Part shown: positions 1-8,832 of the stretch, one piece after another
Layout: each line of letters starts with the position of its first letter
Numbering within the stretch: the stretch's first letter is position 1
IMG/VR virus record: IMGVR_UViG_3300050014_000090
Location: 1-55,481 of that record
Strand: one strand, 5' to 3'
DNA: 55,481 bases
DNA from: a virus
Taxonomy: Duplodnaviria; Caudoviricetes
Notes under the pieces: model-generated
What the model saw: the letters and a program-made list of their open reading frames with translations, nothing else
The model's database searches: none
Told to the model about the DNA's origin: nothing
Program-made: the position numbers and the translations under genes

Positions 1-177
1 GCCCCTGTTGATTGAGATGCCGTCACTGCCTAGATTGAAAAGGCCATACAATGGATACGGTGCGCCGTTGGCGTTGGTCGCATTCCACAGGAGCCGACTC
101 GCCGTTCCATTGTACGCTGAGTATCCGACCTGATTCGTGATAGTCTTTGAATCCTGTGCAAATGTGAAGATGATTGT
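1..177. repeat. Terminal direct repeat, copy 1 (circular assembly overlap)
   Basis: Identical to 55305-55481 except A50 vs C55354. Confidence 0.95.
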
Positions 178-186
178 TTGCGCCAC
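1..186 (-). CDS. 5' part of a ~727-aa virion adhesin-like protein spanning the circular junction
   Basis: GTG at 186 after GGGAG; MAQTIIFTFAQDSKTITNQVGYSAYNG... reads in frame through the repeat into ORF 53307..55238. Confidence 0.8.
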   Translation of the reverse strand, partial: MAQTIIFTFAQDSKTITNQVGYSAYNGTASRLLWNATNANGAPYPLYGLFNLGSDGISINRG

Positions 187-233
187 GGCTTAGGTCTCCC
201 GCGATGTCCATCGGCATAGTGCGAACACGGTGA

Positions 234-710
234 TTAAACTACCTTCAGTCGGCAAATTCCCTTGGCATCAAATACAATCGTCAATGTCCCGGCCGTGACG
301 TCCTTCTCAACGCCGAAGTCGAGATAACAAATCAGCGGCTTGTTGGTCGCTGTGTTGTCATAGACCACGCCGCCCTCAGTCACGAACGTCGACGATGTCC
401 ACGGAGCCGGTGCGGTTCCGCCAAACTTTAGGTAACGCAGCGAGTCATCGGGATCGGTGATCATTGCGAGCGTTGGTGTTGCGATTGACTGACCGCCTGC
501 CGTGTAGCCCGCGCCCTCGCCGTTTGTCGTCTCCATCGCTGAGGCAATTGTGGTGTAACTGGTCTCAGTCTCGTTGTTCGGGATATAGGTCGGCGAGTTC
601 GTTTGTGATTTAGCGAGTGCGAGTTTGATCGTGTCCGTGAGCCAATTGATTCGCTCCGTCGCGTGACCGACCATTCTCAGCGGCCCGCCTTCATACATTG
701 TTCCAACCAT
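234..710 (-). CDS. Putative virion structural protein, paralog of 48602..49471
   Basis: INWLTDTIKLAL, GYTAGG and PLICYLDFG motifs shared with the paralog; GGAG RBS. Confidence 0.7.
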   Translation of the reverse strand: MVGTMYEGGPLRMVGHATERINWLTDTIKLALAKSQTNSPTYIPNNETETSYTTIASAMETTNGEGAGYTAGGQSIATPTLAMITDPDDSLRYLKFGGTAPAPWTSSTFVTEGGVVYDNTATNKPLICYLDFGVEKDVTAGTLTIVFDAKGICRLKVV

Positions 711-729
711 TATCGTGTCTCCTTATTGT

Positions 730-1008
730 TTAGATGTCAGCCCTCGGGATCTTCCGGGCGTGTGCAGGACAGCCGTTGTCAATCAGATCCTCGCGTTCCA
801 TTTTCCACTTCATTGTAAACCCGCACCACGATTGAATTCCTCGCGGTTGCTTTGTTGTCAAACTTGCACGCCTGCACGTTGAGCAATTGTGATATTCGTG
901 CGGGAGCGGGAAGACGTTGTTCTTGACAATCACCTTCGGATCGAATACTTCATACTCGTATCCAAGTCCGCCCCGTTCTTTGGGTTTGATGTATTGTGTC
1001 TCGGGCAT
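730..1008 (-). CDS. Small Cys-motif protein
   Basis: CSTC-x14-C-x17-CPAH pattern. Confidence 0.55.
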   Translation of the reverse strand: MPETQYIKPKERGGLGYEYEVFDPKVIVKNNVFPLPHEYHNCSTCRRASLTTKQPRGIQSWCGFTMKWKMEREDLIDNGCPAHARKIPRADI

Positions 1009-1023
1009 TTTGGTATCTATCGT

Positions 1024-1224
1024 TTATCTCATTGGATCAAAGGCCGCGACTCCGGGGACTGCGGCTGACACGGTCGTATTGCAGGCCGGATAAGTCCCGG
1101 GAACGGTCGTGTTGTATGTCGCGTTTCCTGCGAGATACTCCCGTATTGCCTCGTCTTCGTTCAGTAACACATAGTCGCCGACCTTGCGGCCTCGACTTGC
1201 GACCGTGAATAGCATTAGCTTCAT
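1024..1224 (-). CDS. Small head-associated protein, paralog of 1477..1728
   Basis: AGGAGG RBS; MKLMLFT...G.K.G...A...G.A similarity to paralog. Confidence 0.6.
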   Translation of the reverse strand: MKLMLFTVASRGRKVGDYVLLNEDEAIREYLAGNATYNTTVPGTYPACNTTVSAAVPGVAAFDPMR

Positions 1225-1233
1225 ATTAACCTC

Positions 1234-1470
1234 CTACAAGCAGCGTCCCGTTGCATCAGTCCACGCCGTCCCATTATACCAAACCGGCTGTAAGAGCGTG
1301 GTGTCATAGACCTGTTGCCCCGTTGCCGGAGTCAACGCTTGCCGTTGCGTTGTTGTTAAGACCAACGGCAAAACGCCCGACGCTAACTTTGAGGATGTCA
1401 CACAGCCGTCGATGATCTGCGGCGTGTCGATGCAGTTGACATTAAGGTCAGTTCGATATTGCATCGTCAT
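1234..1470 (-). CDS. Small fibre/decoration-type protein
   Basis: C-terminal YDTTLLQPVWYNGTAWTDATG motif shared with 49608..50777. Confidence 0.6.
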   Translation of the reverse strand: MTMQYRTDLNVNCIDTPQIIDGCVTSSKLASGVLPLVLTTTQRQALTPATGQQVYDTTLLQPVWYNGTAWTDATGRCL

Positions 1471-1476
1471 CGTGGA

Positions 1477-1728
1477 TCACTTCTTATGCTTTGGCTTGTG
1501 GATCATCTTGTCTTTTCTCGGAGTCTCCACTGCCTTTGCTTCGCGGTCTTTTAGTTCCTCGTCGCTCGGCGTGCCGTTGTGAATGTTCTCATGCATATCC
1601 GGTTCCTTTGTCTTGAATTCCTTGGCGTATCCGCCTTGAATCAAGTTGTCCGCAATAGTCTCGTCGAACAACTGACCCGCGCCCGCCTTATACCCGGCGT
1701 GGTTCTGTGTGAAGATAACCATCTTCAT
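1477..1728 (-). CDS. Small head-associated protein (83 aa; start revised to MKMVIF)
   Basis: GGAGGTGA RBS before ATG 1728; lies after capsid/decoration genes. Confidence 0.6.
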   Translation of the reverse strand: MKMVIFTQNHAGYKAGAGQLFDETIADNLIQGGYAKEFKTKEPDMHENIHNGTPSDEELKDREAKAVETPRKDKMIHKPKHKK

Positions 1729-1732
1729 TCGC

Positions 1733-1775
1733 TCACCTCCAAGGTGAAAATAGAGGGCGTGGATAAACACGCCCT
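1733..1775 (-). terminator. Hairpin followed by an RBS-occluding hairpin
   Basis: AGGGCGTG-TTTATC-CACGCCCT, then TCACCT-TGG-AGGTGA. Confidence 0.55.
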
Positions 1776-1787
1776 TCTTATGTTTTC

Positions 1788-2300
1788 TTACGCTGTGGTA
1801 AGCATTCCAGTGTTCGTTATCGGTTCGTCTCGAGAACCCTCAAAGACGAGGATTATCGGGCCGATAACTGTTGGCGTCGTTACCGCGCTGAAGTTCGCCG
1901 TTATCAATACCTTGAGATAGCGGTTCGCGTTAATCAGGTCACAATATGACGTAGCGACTGCGTTGCCCGTTGTGGCAACATAGCCGTGACCTGCATCAAC
2001 GCAGAGCGCGGCCGTCGTCGGATCGATGTTTGTCGTCGCTGGTAACTGAACGCCAACGTCAGCATACGTGCCGCCGCTCGATGTGCTCGATTGGATCTCC
2101 ATTTGAACCGTGACCGATCCATTTCCCGCTTTGACGAACGGGAAGATCGCTCGGACGGACGTATATTTCTTGTCAACGCCGAGATCGAACGCTGTGCTGA
2201 GTGCAGTGACCGCGATCGCCGATCCGGGCGACGTGATAGTCACCGGAGCATCGGTCATCTTGACCGCGACGTGCTTGAGCATCCCTCTTTTTATACCCAT
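1788..2300 (-). CDS. Putative capsid decoration/cement protein
   Basis: Directly downstream of MCP; beta-rich; EIQSS..SGGTYADV and RYLKV motifs. Confidence 0.6.
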   Translation of the reverse strand: MGIKRGMLKHVAVKMTDAPVTITSPGSAIAVTALSTAFDLGVDKKYTSVRAIFPFVKAGNGSVTVQMEIQSSTSSGGTYADVGVQLPATTNIDPTTAALCVDAGHGYVATTGNAVATSYCDLINANRYLKVLITANFSAVTTPTVIGPIILVFEGSRDEPITNTGMLTTA

Positions 2301-2324
2301 TTTGAATCAACTCCTATTCGAGGA

Positions 2325-3518
2325 TTAGTATCCCCATGTGCATCCGGTCAATGCCGCTGCGGAGGCGACGTGTCGCATTCCGAAGTCGTGCATGCTGATT
2401 GCTCTTATGACCGTCTCATCTCTCGAGAATGGAGACACAAGAGTTCCGCTCAGATCGTATGCGGCCTCACTCGAGGCGTCGATTCTCATGGTCATCGCAT
2501 CACCGATGATCAACTCAGGCGCTTCGACGAGGTATATGTAGTTCGACGTCCCGCTGTCGATCGTCATTTGGGTCGTAGTCACGACCGGATAACCCCACCA
2601 AACCGGGTTTGCTCCCTGAACCTCGGGGAACGCTAGAGCGCCCGTTGAAGTTCTTACGGTTGCGAGCCAGTTCTTTGTAGTGGGTCGCATAATCCACGAC
2701 CGTCGTGTGTCGGGAACGTTGGCGTTGTCGAGCAGCGTTTGAACACGGCCCGCGTCGAGAGTTGCCGTGATTGCGGTTGGCGTTGCAGTCATAGCGATTT
2801 GATTGCTCGTTTGCATAACGTTCCGCAGGCCGACCGGAGTGTTTGCTTCACCGTCGCCCTCCATAAACGCGAGGTCTTCTCTCAAGGCCATTCGCGTGAC
2901 CATATCCTGCCTGACAATCTGATCGGCATTCTGAACGGCGAAGTTGAGCAGATCATTCGAGATCGCAACTTCACATCCGAGTTTGCGTCCGACGAGGTTC
3001 AATTGTCCGAGCGTCTCCTGTGAGGTTTGAATGTTCGCACCTTCATAGAGATACGCGGCAGTTGCTCCGCCGGTGATTCGTGGAATGCTGAGTTGTCCGT
3101 TGACAAGTGGCATTATCGTCGCGCCGATCTTCCGCATGATTGCGGTTGGTATGAGCAGTTCGATGATCTCCGTTGATAGAACATCGGGGATTAAAAAGCC
3201 GCCTGCCGTGTCGGTGCTCGCTTGCATTGCCTTGAGTGCAGTCGTGATCTTTGACTTGTCGCCAAACTTCCGCTGTCCCCAAGAGAATGACTTATCGATG
3301 TCGCCTTTGCCCTGTGCAAGAGCGATCATAAGACCGCCGATCGGGTCGACCTTCTCCGCTTTATTTCTGTCCTGATAATCTCGCTCTGCGGCAAGCATTT
3401 GATAGAGACCCAAGGTTTGCCGGTCTTTGGCGTCCTTCACGGCATCCGTGAGGCGCTTGCCGATCGACTCCTCGATCATCTCCTTCAATTGCAGGCGAGT
3501 CGCTTTTATCTCTGCCAT
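2325..3518 (-). CDS. Major capsid protein, HK97 fold
   Basis: GGFLIPD..S.EIIELL, ISNDLL, D.AF.EGDG...P.G, GYPVV motifs; GGAGG RBS before ATG 3518. Confidence 0.95.
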   Translation of the reverse strand: MAEIKATRLQLKEMIEESIGKRLTDAVKDAKDRQTLGLYQMLAAERDYQDRNKAEKVDPIGGLMIALAQGKGDIDKSFSWGQRKFGDKSKITTALKAMQASTDTAGGFLIPDVLSTEIIELLIPTAIMRKIGATIMPLVNGQLSIPRITGGATAAYLYEGANIQTSQETLGQLNLVGRKLGCEVAISNDLLNFAVQNADQIVRQDMVTRMALREDLAFMEGDGEANTPVGLRNVMQTSNQIAMTATPTAITATLDAGRVQTLLDNANVPDTRRSWIMRPTTKNWLATVRTSTGALAFPEVQGANPVWWGYPVVTTTQMTIDSGTSNYIYLVEAPELIIGDAMTMRIDASSEAAYDLSGTLVSPFSRDETVIRAISMHDFGMRHVASAAALTGCTWGY

Positions 3519-3531
3519 CTTTTTTCCTCCA

Positions 3532-5193
3532 TTAACTCGCATTTGCCGCGAGTTCGTCGTCTAACCCTAATTCCTTTGCCTTCTCGTCATACGCTTCTTG
3601 AATGAGCGTATCGAGTTCTTCCTCTGAGATGATGATCATCTCCTCATCGGCGACCACTGGCTCGGGAACATCAGGAATCACGTCCTTTAGTTCCGCGACT
3701 TCGTGGCCGAGTGGATATGATACGTCAATGACCGGCTCGGTGACTGACTTGCCGTCGTCATCAGGCGGCGTATCAGGTTCCGGCCCTGCGGGTGCGGGTT
3801 TAGGCCCGGCCCCGGGTTTACCTGTCACTTGTGCCAAGACGCCATTCGTCAACTTGACGCCCGAATTATGCGATGTCACTGCGTCTCTAAGGTCGGACTC
3901 ATTCGCCGCACTCAGGACGCGCCCCGCTTTTAGTGTCTCATTAAGTTCGTTGATCTGCTTTTGCTGATCTTCGACCATCTTCTTGAGATCATCAATCTCT
4001 TTATTCACGTTCTCCTCCTCCTTTGTTGGCGAAGTTGTTGTCCATTCCCATGCCGCGCTTGTATCGCCGGTCGTTTCACCGACGGCCGCGCCCTGATAAT
4101 GACTGACATTGGCCGTTTGTCCGCCTGATGTAACATTTACTGCCACCATCTTCGGCGGCTTCTTGTCCGCGTTCTCCTCGCGCTCTCGTATGCGCTCTGT
4201 GACTTCTGTTATGTGAGAGCATTTCTCCACTAACTGATGATTAGTGGTAACGTCCTTTTTCCATTCGAGAGGACTTGGATCGGCGCACTTCGACGGTGGA
4301 TCGTCCTTCTTGTGCAAGTCACACATCGCTTTCTCTACCTGCGCGTGCAGCCAGTTCATGTCAGCCTGTGTGAAACCTGTCATTAGGTTCCCCTGCGCGG
4401 CGAACATGTGCAAGCGCCGGTGATATGCCGACAGATCCACAAGGTTCTCTTTACCGATCCCTGCCAACAGGTCGCTCTTATCGGTGTCAGTTATTGACTT
4501 TGATTCACTCTTGACTCGCTTCATCGCACATCCTTCCTCTGTGCAATAATCGGACATCTCCTTGAGGAACGCCTTGACCATCGCTTTGTCGTGACCGAAT
4601 GTTGCAGCACGATCAATGACCGCTTGCGGATTTGCGGGAACTGGAACGGCTGAGAACTCAAGTAAATCCCATTTGGTGAAGTGCGTGCCGTTGCCAAACA
4701 CGGAACTCATAGGCGATTCCTGTCTCTCCTCATCCTTTTCCTCGATCTCATTCCAATTATACGGATCGAACCCGATCGAGACAGCGTTGAGGAATCCTGT
4801 CAGATACATTCTCCTGACCATAGATCCTCGAAGTCCTGAGAATGATTCGTGATAGTTGTCGTCAGGTTGGAATTCGACGGCCGCCTTGACGCCTTGTTGC
4901 GTGACTTCCTTGCCCGCCTTTATGATCTTGATTGGTTGCGCCCACATCTCGACCGACTTGCCGACCGGAAGGTCATCATACTTGTGCGCCCACTGCATCA
5001 CGGCGTTGTTCGCATAGTTCTCGACCATTATACCGGCCGGGTCAACAATATCGCCGTCTCTATCGCGGACGTCCGTTGTGATCGTGAAGATTAACGGCGA
5101 TTTGTCGTCGTTTGGATCTTCCGCGACGGGTTTATCTACTTTAAAGAGTTTGCGAATGATCTCGCCTTGCTTCACGTCCTTTGCTAATGTCAT
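3532..5193 (-). CDS. HK97-family prohead protease with long acidic scaffold-like C-terminus
   Basis: DRDGDIV, WAH..LPVG, SIGF, LLEFSAVPVPANP; KAGRVLSAAN. Confidence 0.92.
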   Translation of the reverse strand: MTLAKDVKQGEIIRKLFKVDKPVAEDPNDDKSPLIFTITTDVRDRDGDIVDPAGIMVENYANNAVMQWAHKYDDLPVGKSVEMWAQPIKIIKAGKEVTQQGVKAAVEFQPDDNYHESFSGLRGSMVRRMYLTGFLNAVSIGFDPYNWNEIEEKDEERQESPMSSVFGNGTHFTKWDLLEFSAVPVPANPQAVIDRAATFGHDKAMVKAFLKEMSDYCTEEGCAMKRVKSESKSITDTDKSDLLAGIGKENLVDLSAYHRRLHMFAAQGNLMTGFTQADMNWLHAQVEKAMCDLHKKDDPPSKCADPSPLEWKKDVTTNHQLVEKCSHITEVTERIREREENADKKPPKMVAVNVTSGGQTANVSHYQGAAVGETTGDTSAAWEWTTTSPTKEEENVNKEIDDLKKMVEDQQKQINELNETLKAGRVLSAANESDLRDAVTSHNSGVKLTNGVLAQVTGKPGAGPKPAPAGPEPDTPPDDDGKSVTEPVIDVSYPLGHEVAELKDVIPDVPEPVVADEEMIIISEEELDTLIQEAYDEKAKELGLDDELAANAS

Positions 5194-5279
5194 TTGATCA
5201 CTCCGTAAATTTGGAATAAGACGAACAGGATCTCAAAGAAGATCAGCGTCACAATGAATTCTAAATAACTAAATTGCAT
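5190..5279 (-). CDS. 29-aa hydrophobic peptide MQFSYLEFIVTLIFFEILFVLFQIYGVIK
   Basis: GGAGGTG RBS; ATGA overlap with protease start. Confidence 0.55.
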   Translation of the reverse strand: MQFSYLEFIVTLIFFEILFVLFQIYGVIK

Positions 5280-5292
5280 TTGTCCACCTCCG

Positions 5293-6729
5293 TTATCGTC
5301 GCCTAAGTCTCACAACGTTCCCGCGTCCTGTGATCACCTTCCGGCCCTGTGTCCGAGGTTTGAATCCCATCAGCGGGATTGCCGGGGATGATGCCTCATC
5401 CGTTGATCCTTCCTCCTCCTCCTCGGGCGTGAGTTCACCATAAGGAGATTCCTCGGACGGTTCAGAGACGGCGTTGAGATTGATGTTCATCGGCAACGGG
5501 AAGCGTTCGCCCATTTGATCAGGCAACGGTTCCTCGCCTGCCTTCGCACGCACCTCGTCGATTAGAAAAGCGTATGGATGCGCCGACATCACGGAGAGTT
5601 GATAATCCTTATCTTCCGCGATCGGACTGACAAAGTCGATCTCTACCTGACCAGTGTCATCGAACATCGGGACGAGTTGCTTTTGGAACGCTTCTCTCAT
5701 TTGTGTGAGCAGCGGCGTGAGTGTGTATTTGGAAAAGAACATATCGGCCGCCTCGATCGTGGCACGGTTAGAAGATGAAAGTATGCCGACGATCTCAGGC
5801 GGCAGGCCGAAGACTTGAATGATTGTGTCACGTTCGTATTGGCGCAACTGTGTGAACTGCATCGATTGGAAGTCCTGCTTAAAGGTCGTGATGTCGACCG
5901 CCTCACTCATGAAGTGCGGCTTAAAGGCGTTCCCAAAACCGGCCTGCTTCTCGACCCATTCCTCTTGCATCCGCTTCGTCTTCTCGGGATTGAGGCCTTT
6001 GCCAGTGATCAGGATGTCAGGTCGTGCTTGATTCTCAAAGAAGTTCCGTATGGTCTTCGCTGCTTCCTCGTCGGTCGTGAGTTCATCATCCAATGCTTGA
6101 GCAATTCCCGATCCGCGTCCGTATGGTGAGGTAGGATCAGGATCGAGCAGCCATAGAACCTGATCGTATGGGATGGGGAATTGCCCGTTTGGAAGTGATA
6201 AGGTGAATGCCGGTTCGTCAGGCGTTGGCAACTTCGTTATCTTGTCAGGAGTGATCGGCCATATTTGCCAACCTTCGGGCGTCTTGTCCCAAATGCCAAA
6301 CGCTTCGCCGACCGTTTTAAGATGAACTGTCCACAAGAAGACGATGGTTTGCCAAGAAAAGTAAGGATGCGGCTGCGATAAGAAGATCTCGAGAGGATGC
6401 TTCTGTCCCTCGAGGAGATCATTGAGCGGAATCATTTGATTGGTCTCAGGATCTTCCGCCAATCCGAGCCATTCAACGCCCGCCGTGCTGCTTGCGATCT
6501 TGCTTACTGCCGCACGGAACCACGGCAGTTCGTTGTATGATTGTAAGAACTGCGGAACGCCTCGCTTCGTCCCGCCAACCTGTCTCGATTGGTTTAAGAA
6601 CGTTGTAAAAAAGCCTGCCGATCCGCTTGTGCCTGCGGCCATGCCGCCTAAGCGAGACCCGGCCTTGGTAAATGACTTGGAAAAGGTACGGGCGCGAGTG
6701 AGCAATGAGTCAGTACGTCGCGTAGGCAC
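5293..6729 (-). CDS. Portal protein, HK97 family
   Basis: GEAF, YGRGS, FFENQARP, FGLPPEIVG, DEVRAK.G..PL motifs. Confidence 0.93.
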   Translation of the reverse strand: MPTRRTDSLLTRARTFSKSFTKAGSRLGGMAAGTSGSAGFFTTFLNQSRQVGGTKRGVPQFLQSYNELPWFRAAVSKIASSTAGVEWLGLAEDPETNQMIPLNDLLEGQKHPLEIFLSQPHPYFSWQTIVFLWTVHLKTVGEAFGIWDKTPEGWQIWPITPDKITKLPTPDEPAFTLSLPNGQFPIPYDQVLWLLDPDPTSPYGRGSGIAQALDDELTTDEEAAKTIRNFFENQARPDILITGKGLNPEKTKRMQEEWVEKQAGFGNAFKPHFMSEAVDITTFKQDFQSMQFTQLRQYERDTIIQVFGLPPEIVGILSSSNRATIEAADMFFSKYTLTPLLTQMREAFQKQLVPMFDDTGQVEIDFVSPIAEDKDYQLSVMSAHPYAFLIDEVRAKAGEEPLPDQMGERFPLPMNINLNAVSEPSEESPYGELTPEEEEEGSTDEASSPAIPLMGFKPRTQGRKVITGRGNVVRLRRR

Positions 6730-6789
6730 GCCTTATATTTGATCGTTATAGCAATTAAAGACAAATGCGGCCTCCGTAAGGAGATTGAT

Positions 6790-6808
6790 TAAAAAAAAGA
6801 GAGAGGAA
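6790..6808 (-). terminator. Oligo-T terminator-like tract
   Basis: TTCCTCTCTCTTTTTTTT immediately after stop of 6809..6946. Confidence 0.45.
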
Positions 6809-6946
6809 TCATTCCATCTCTTTGAATCCGCTGCATGGATCATGACTAAACAAACATAGGTGTTTATCGCACGTCACTAGGATCTTGCATACTGTGTAGC
6901 CATCAAACGTGATGCTTTCACAGTTTAAACATTCTGTATCTGTCAT
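6809..6946 (-). CDS. 45-aa Cys-rich protein MTDTECLNC...
   Basis: Manual translation; ATGA coupling to upstream ORF; 6 Cys. Confidence 0.55.
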   Translation of the reverse strand: MTDTECLNCESITFDGYTVCKILVTCDKHLCLFSHDPCSGFKEME

Positions 6947-7122
6947 GCCGTTCCCTTCGTTGTCGGATCACAGAACTCAAAGATCTCGCATGTCTTGCAG
7001 AGATCCTCTTGTTTGCATACGTCACAACATTCGCGTCCTTCCAAACAGAAGATACACGTCATGCCCCCGGCTTTGTAACCGGGATGCAGGACGCACTTTG
7101 TCGTTCGTCGCTTCTTTGGCAT
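6943..7122 (-). CDS. 59-aa Cys-rich protein MPKKRRTTKC...CIFC..ECCDVC..LCKTC..FC
   Basis: AGGAGG RBS; 9 Cys; manual translation. Confidence 0.6.
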   Translation of the reverse strand: MPKKRRTTKCVLHPGYKAGGMTCIFCLEGRECCDVCKQEDLCKTCEIFEFCDPTTKGTA

Positions 7123-7418
7123 TCTTTGTTCCTCCTATCCCTGCGTGAGTCCTCGGCCTCGCACAGTTCACATGATAACATGCGACGTTTGAGCATAAAT
7201 AGTTAAATTGCTCCGTTTGCCAAATAGAGGTCGTGCCGTTGTTGTCGTGCTAAAAAGGGTTCAAAACGGACGACGTCAAGAAGCAGCGATCCGAATTACT
7301 CAAAGGACAAAGGAAAAAAGTCGCGGGATTAACCCGGGCGGACGATCACTCTTGATCTTGGCGTCCCTTTGTTTTCTTCCGTCCCCGATTGAATACGGGT
7401 CGAGTCAATCCCTGCATT

Positions 7419-7463
7419 AAAGAGAGGTGAGGCCCGGGAGAACGAAAGCAAAGACCCGGGCCT
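7419..7463 (-). ncRNA. Candidate hairpin small RNA or terminator with anti-SD tail
   Basis: 9-bp stem AGGCCCGGG/CCCGGGCCT followed by CACCTCTCTTT; ATAATTAAG about 25 nt upstream. Confidence 0.35.
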
Positions 7464-7491
7464 ATTGGCCAGTACTGAAGACGATCCTTAA

Positions 7492-7677
7492 TTATCTTCT
7501 TGCCTTAAAGACCTTGTGAATCTCTTGCAGTAAGTCGTCGATTGCCAACACGACCAATAAGATCGTGAAGATAATCAGGCCGACAATTACCTGATCCGGC
7601 CTTGACTTCGCTGCTCGAATATTGTGACCCTCGCATTCACACGTTCCCTCAAGTTCGCACAGCGCACAGTTGCTCAT
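7492..7677 (-). CDS. Small membrane protein with N-terminal Cys motif
   Basis: ATGA overlap with protease stop; CALC..CECEGH and VIVGLIIFTILLVVLAI. Confidence 0.55.
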   Translation of the reverse strand: MSNCALCELEGTCECEGHNIRAAKSRPDQVIVGLIIFTILLVVLAIDDLLQEIHKVFKARR

Positions 7678-8597
7678 TTGCTCGTCACGATATTGAGGAT
7701 CTTCTTGAGCTTTTGTTCGCACGCTGTCGGCGCAGGCCCGGGCGTTGGTGTAGGCGTTGGCGGCACAGGCGTCGGAGTCGGATTGATCTCCGTCTCGCCT
7801 GCGATCACTCGAGAGTCACGCACAAGGCCCGCAGTTATGTATTGCTCAGGCAATAACCCGAGGCCGCCTTTGAATTTGCCGAATGCCTTGCCCCATCCTT
7901 CGCCCCAAGAGTTGAGTGTCCACAGATAACCCGGCTGATAACCAAAGAAGGCCATACAATGACCGCCGATCGATTCCTCATTCGCTCCGGGATAGGTTAT
8001 GATCCCATCGCTGCCGACGTTCTCTATCTGTGCATAGACGGGCGTGCCGTACACAACGGGCAATCCTGTCACGGCGAGACAAGTCTTGATGTTGGCTAAT
8101 GTTGCGACGTATCCTTGCGCTGAATCGAGGAGATATGTGTTGTTCGTCTCGTCCTTGACTGCATCGTCGACGACTTTCAAAGGCGGATTGGCATCCATCT
8201 CATTCGTGTCATAAGGCCAATCGGTCTCAGGTGCGACGCCATACTTGACGGTCGCTGTTACTCCATCGGCAATCGTTGATCCGTTATCGCCGGGGAAGTC
8301 TCCGCCAACGATCCTCGCCATTCGATACTCATAGTTGCGGCATCCCAAGACGGCCGAGCCTGATTGCTTCATCTGCAATCCCTCGAATGCCGAGGTGACG
8401 CCGTGAGCAACGCAAGATCCTTCGCTGCCTTGATCTTTGACTGTGCTGACAAGATTGGTGATGTCGCACGTTGTCGGCAATACTGCGGGCGGCGTTACGA
8501 ATCGCTCGTATCGCAACCTTCGCGGATCGGGAAGTTCCCGATGCCATCCCATACCATAGTTCTTTTTTGGTGTTCTTATTCTACTAACATTTACCAT
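7674..8597 (-). CDS. Papain-like (C1A-type) cysteine peptidase
   Basis: VKDQGSEGSC (Gln/Cys), GGHC (His), NSWG (Asn); Pro/Thr linker near C-terminus. Confidence 0.92.
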   Translation of the reverse strand: MVNVSRIRTPKKNYGMGWHRELPDPRRLRYERFVTPPAVLPTTCDITNLVSTVKDQGSEGSCVAHGVTSAFEGLQMKQSGSAVLGCRNYEYRMARIVGGDFPGDNGSTIADGVTATVKYGVAPETDWPYDTNEMDANPPLKVVDDAVKDETNNTYLLDSAQGYVATLANIKTCLAVTGLPVVYGTPVYAQIENVGSDGIITYPGANEESIGGHCMAFFGYQPGYLWTLNSWGEGWGKAFGKFKGGLGLLPEQYITAGLVRDSRVIAGETEINPTPTPVPPTPTPTPGPAPTACEQKLKKILNIVTSK

Positions 8598-8599
8598 CG

Positions 8600-8830
8600 T
8601 TAAACCTCCACGATCTTCGTCGTGTAGGATTCACATCCCTTGCCGAGGATGTAGTTCTCGACGCCGACTGCACAACTCCCGGGCCGCACGACGTCGGCCG
8701 GAATTTCAAGCGTTGGTTTGCACAGTCCGCAATGTTCACAGGTCTTGCACGGCAAGTTGTTCTTTACGTAATCGATCGACGCATCCATAAAGAACCCGCG
8801 TTCGTCGTGAGGCAGTCGTATTGCTGTCAT
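8600..8830 (-). CDS. Cys-rich hypothetical protein
   Basis: CKTCEHCGLC...C...GCESY; start revised to MTAIRL. Confidence 0.55.
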   Translation of the reverse strand: MTAIRLPHDERGFFMDASIDYVKNNLPCKTCEHCGLCKPTLEIPADVVRPGSCAVGVENYILGKGCESYTTKIVEV

Positions 8831-8832
8831 AT

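Noticed and set aside
1-177. Biological direct terminal repeat
   Set aside because: It lies inside a continuous gene, so a circular assembly overlap is the simpler explanation
23-217. 64-aa ORF at the window start
   Set aside because: It overlaps in another frame the junction-spanning gene, which has paralog support
7300-7375. tRNA gene (CGGG-TTAAT-CCCG resembles a T arm)
   Set aside because: No TTC loop, acceptor stem or complete cloverleaf
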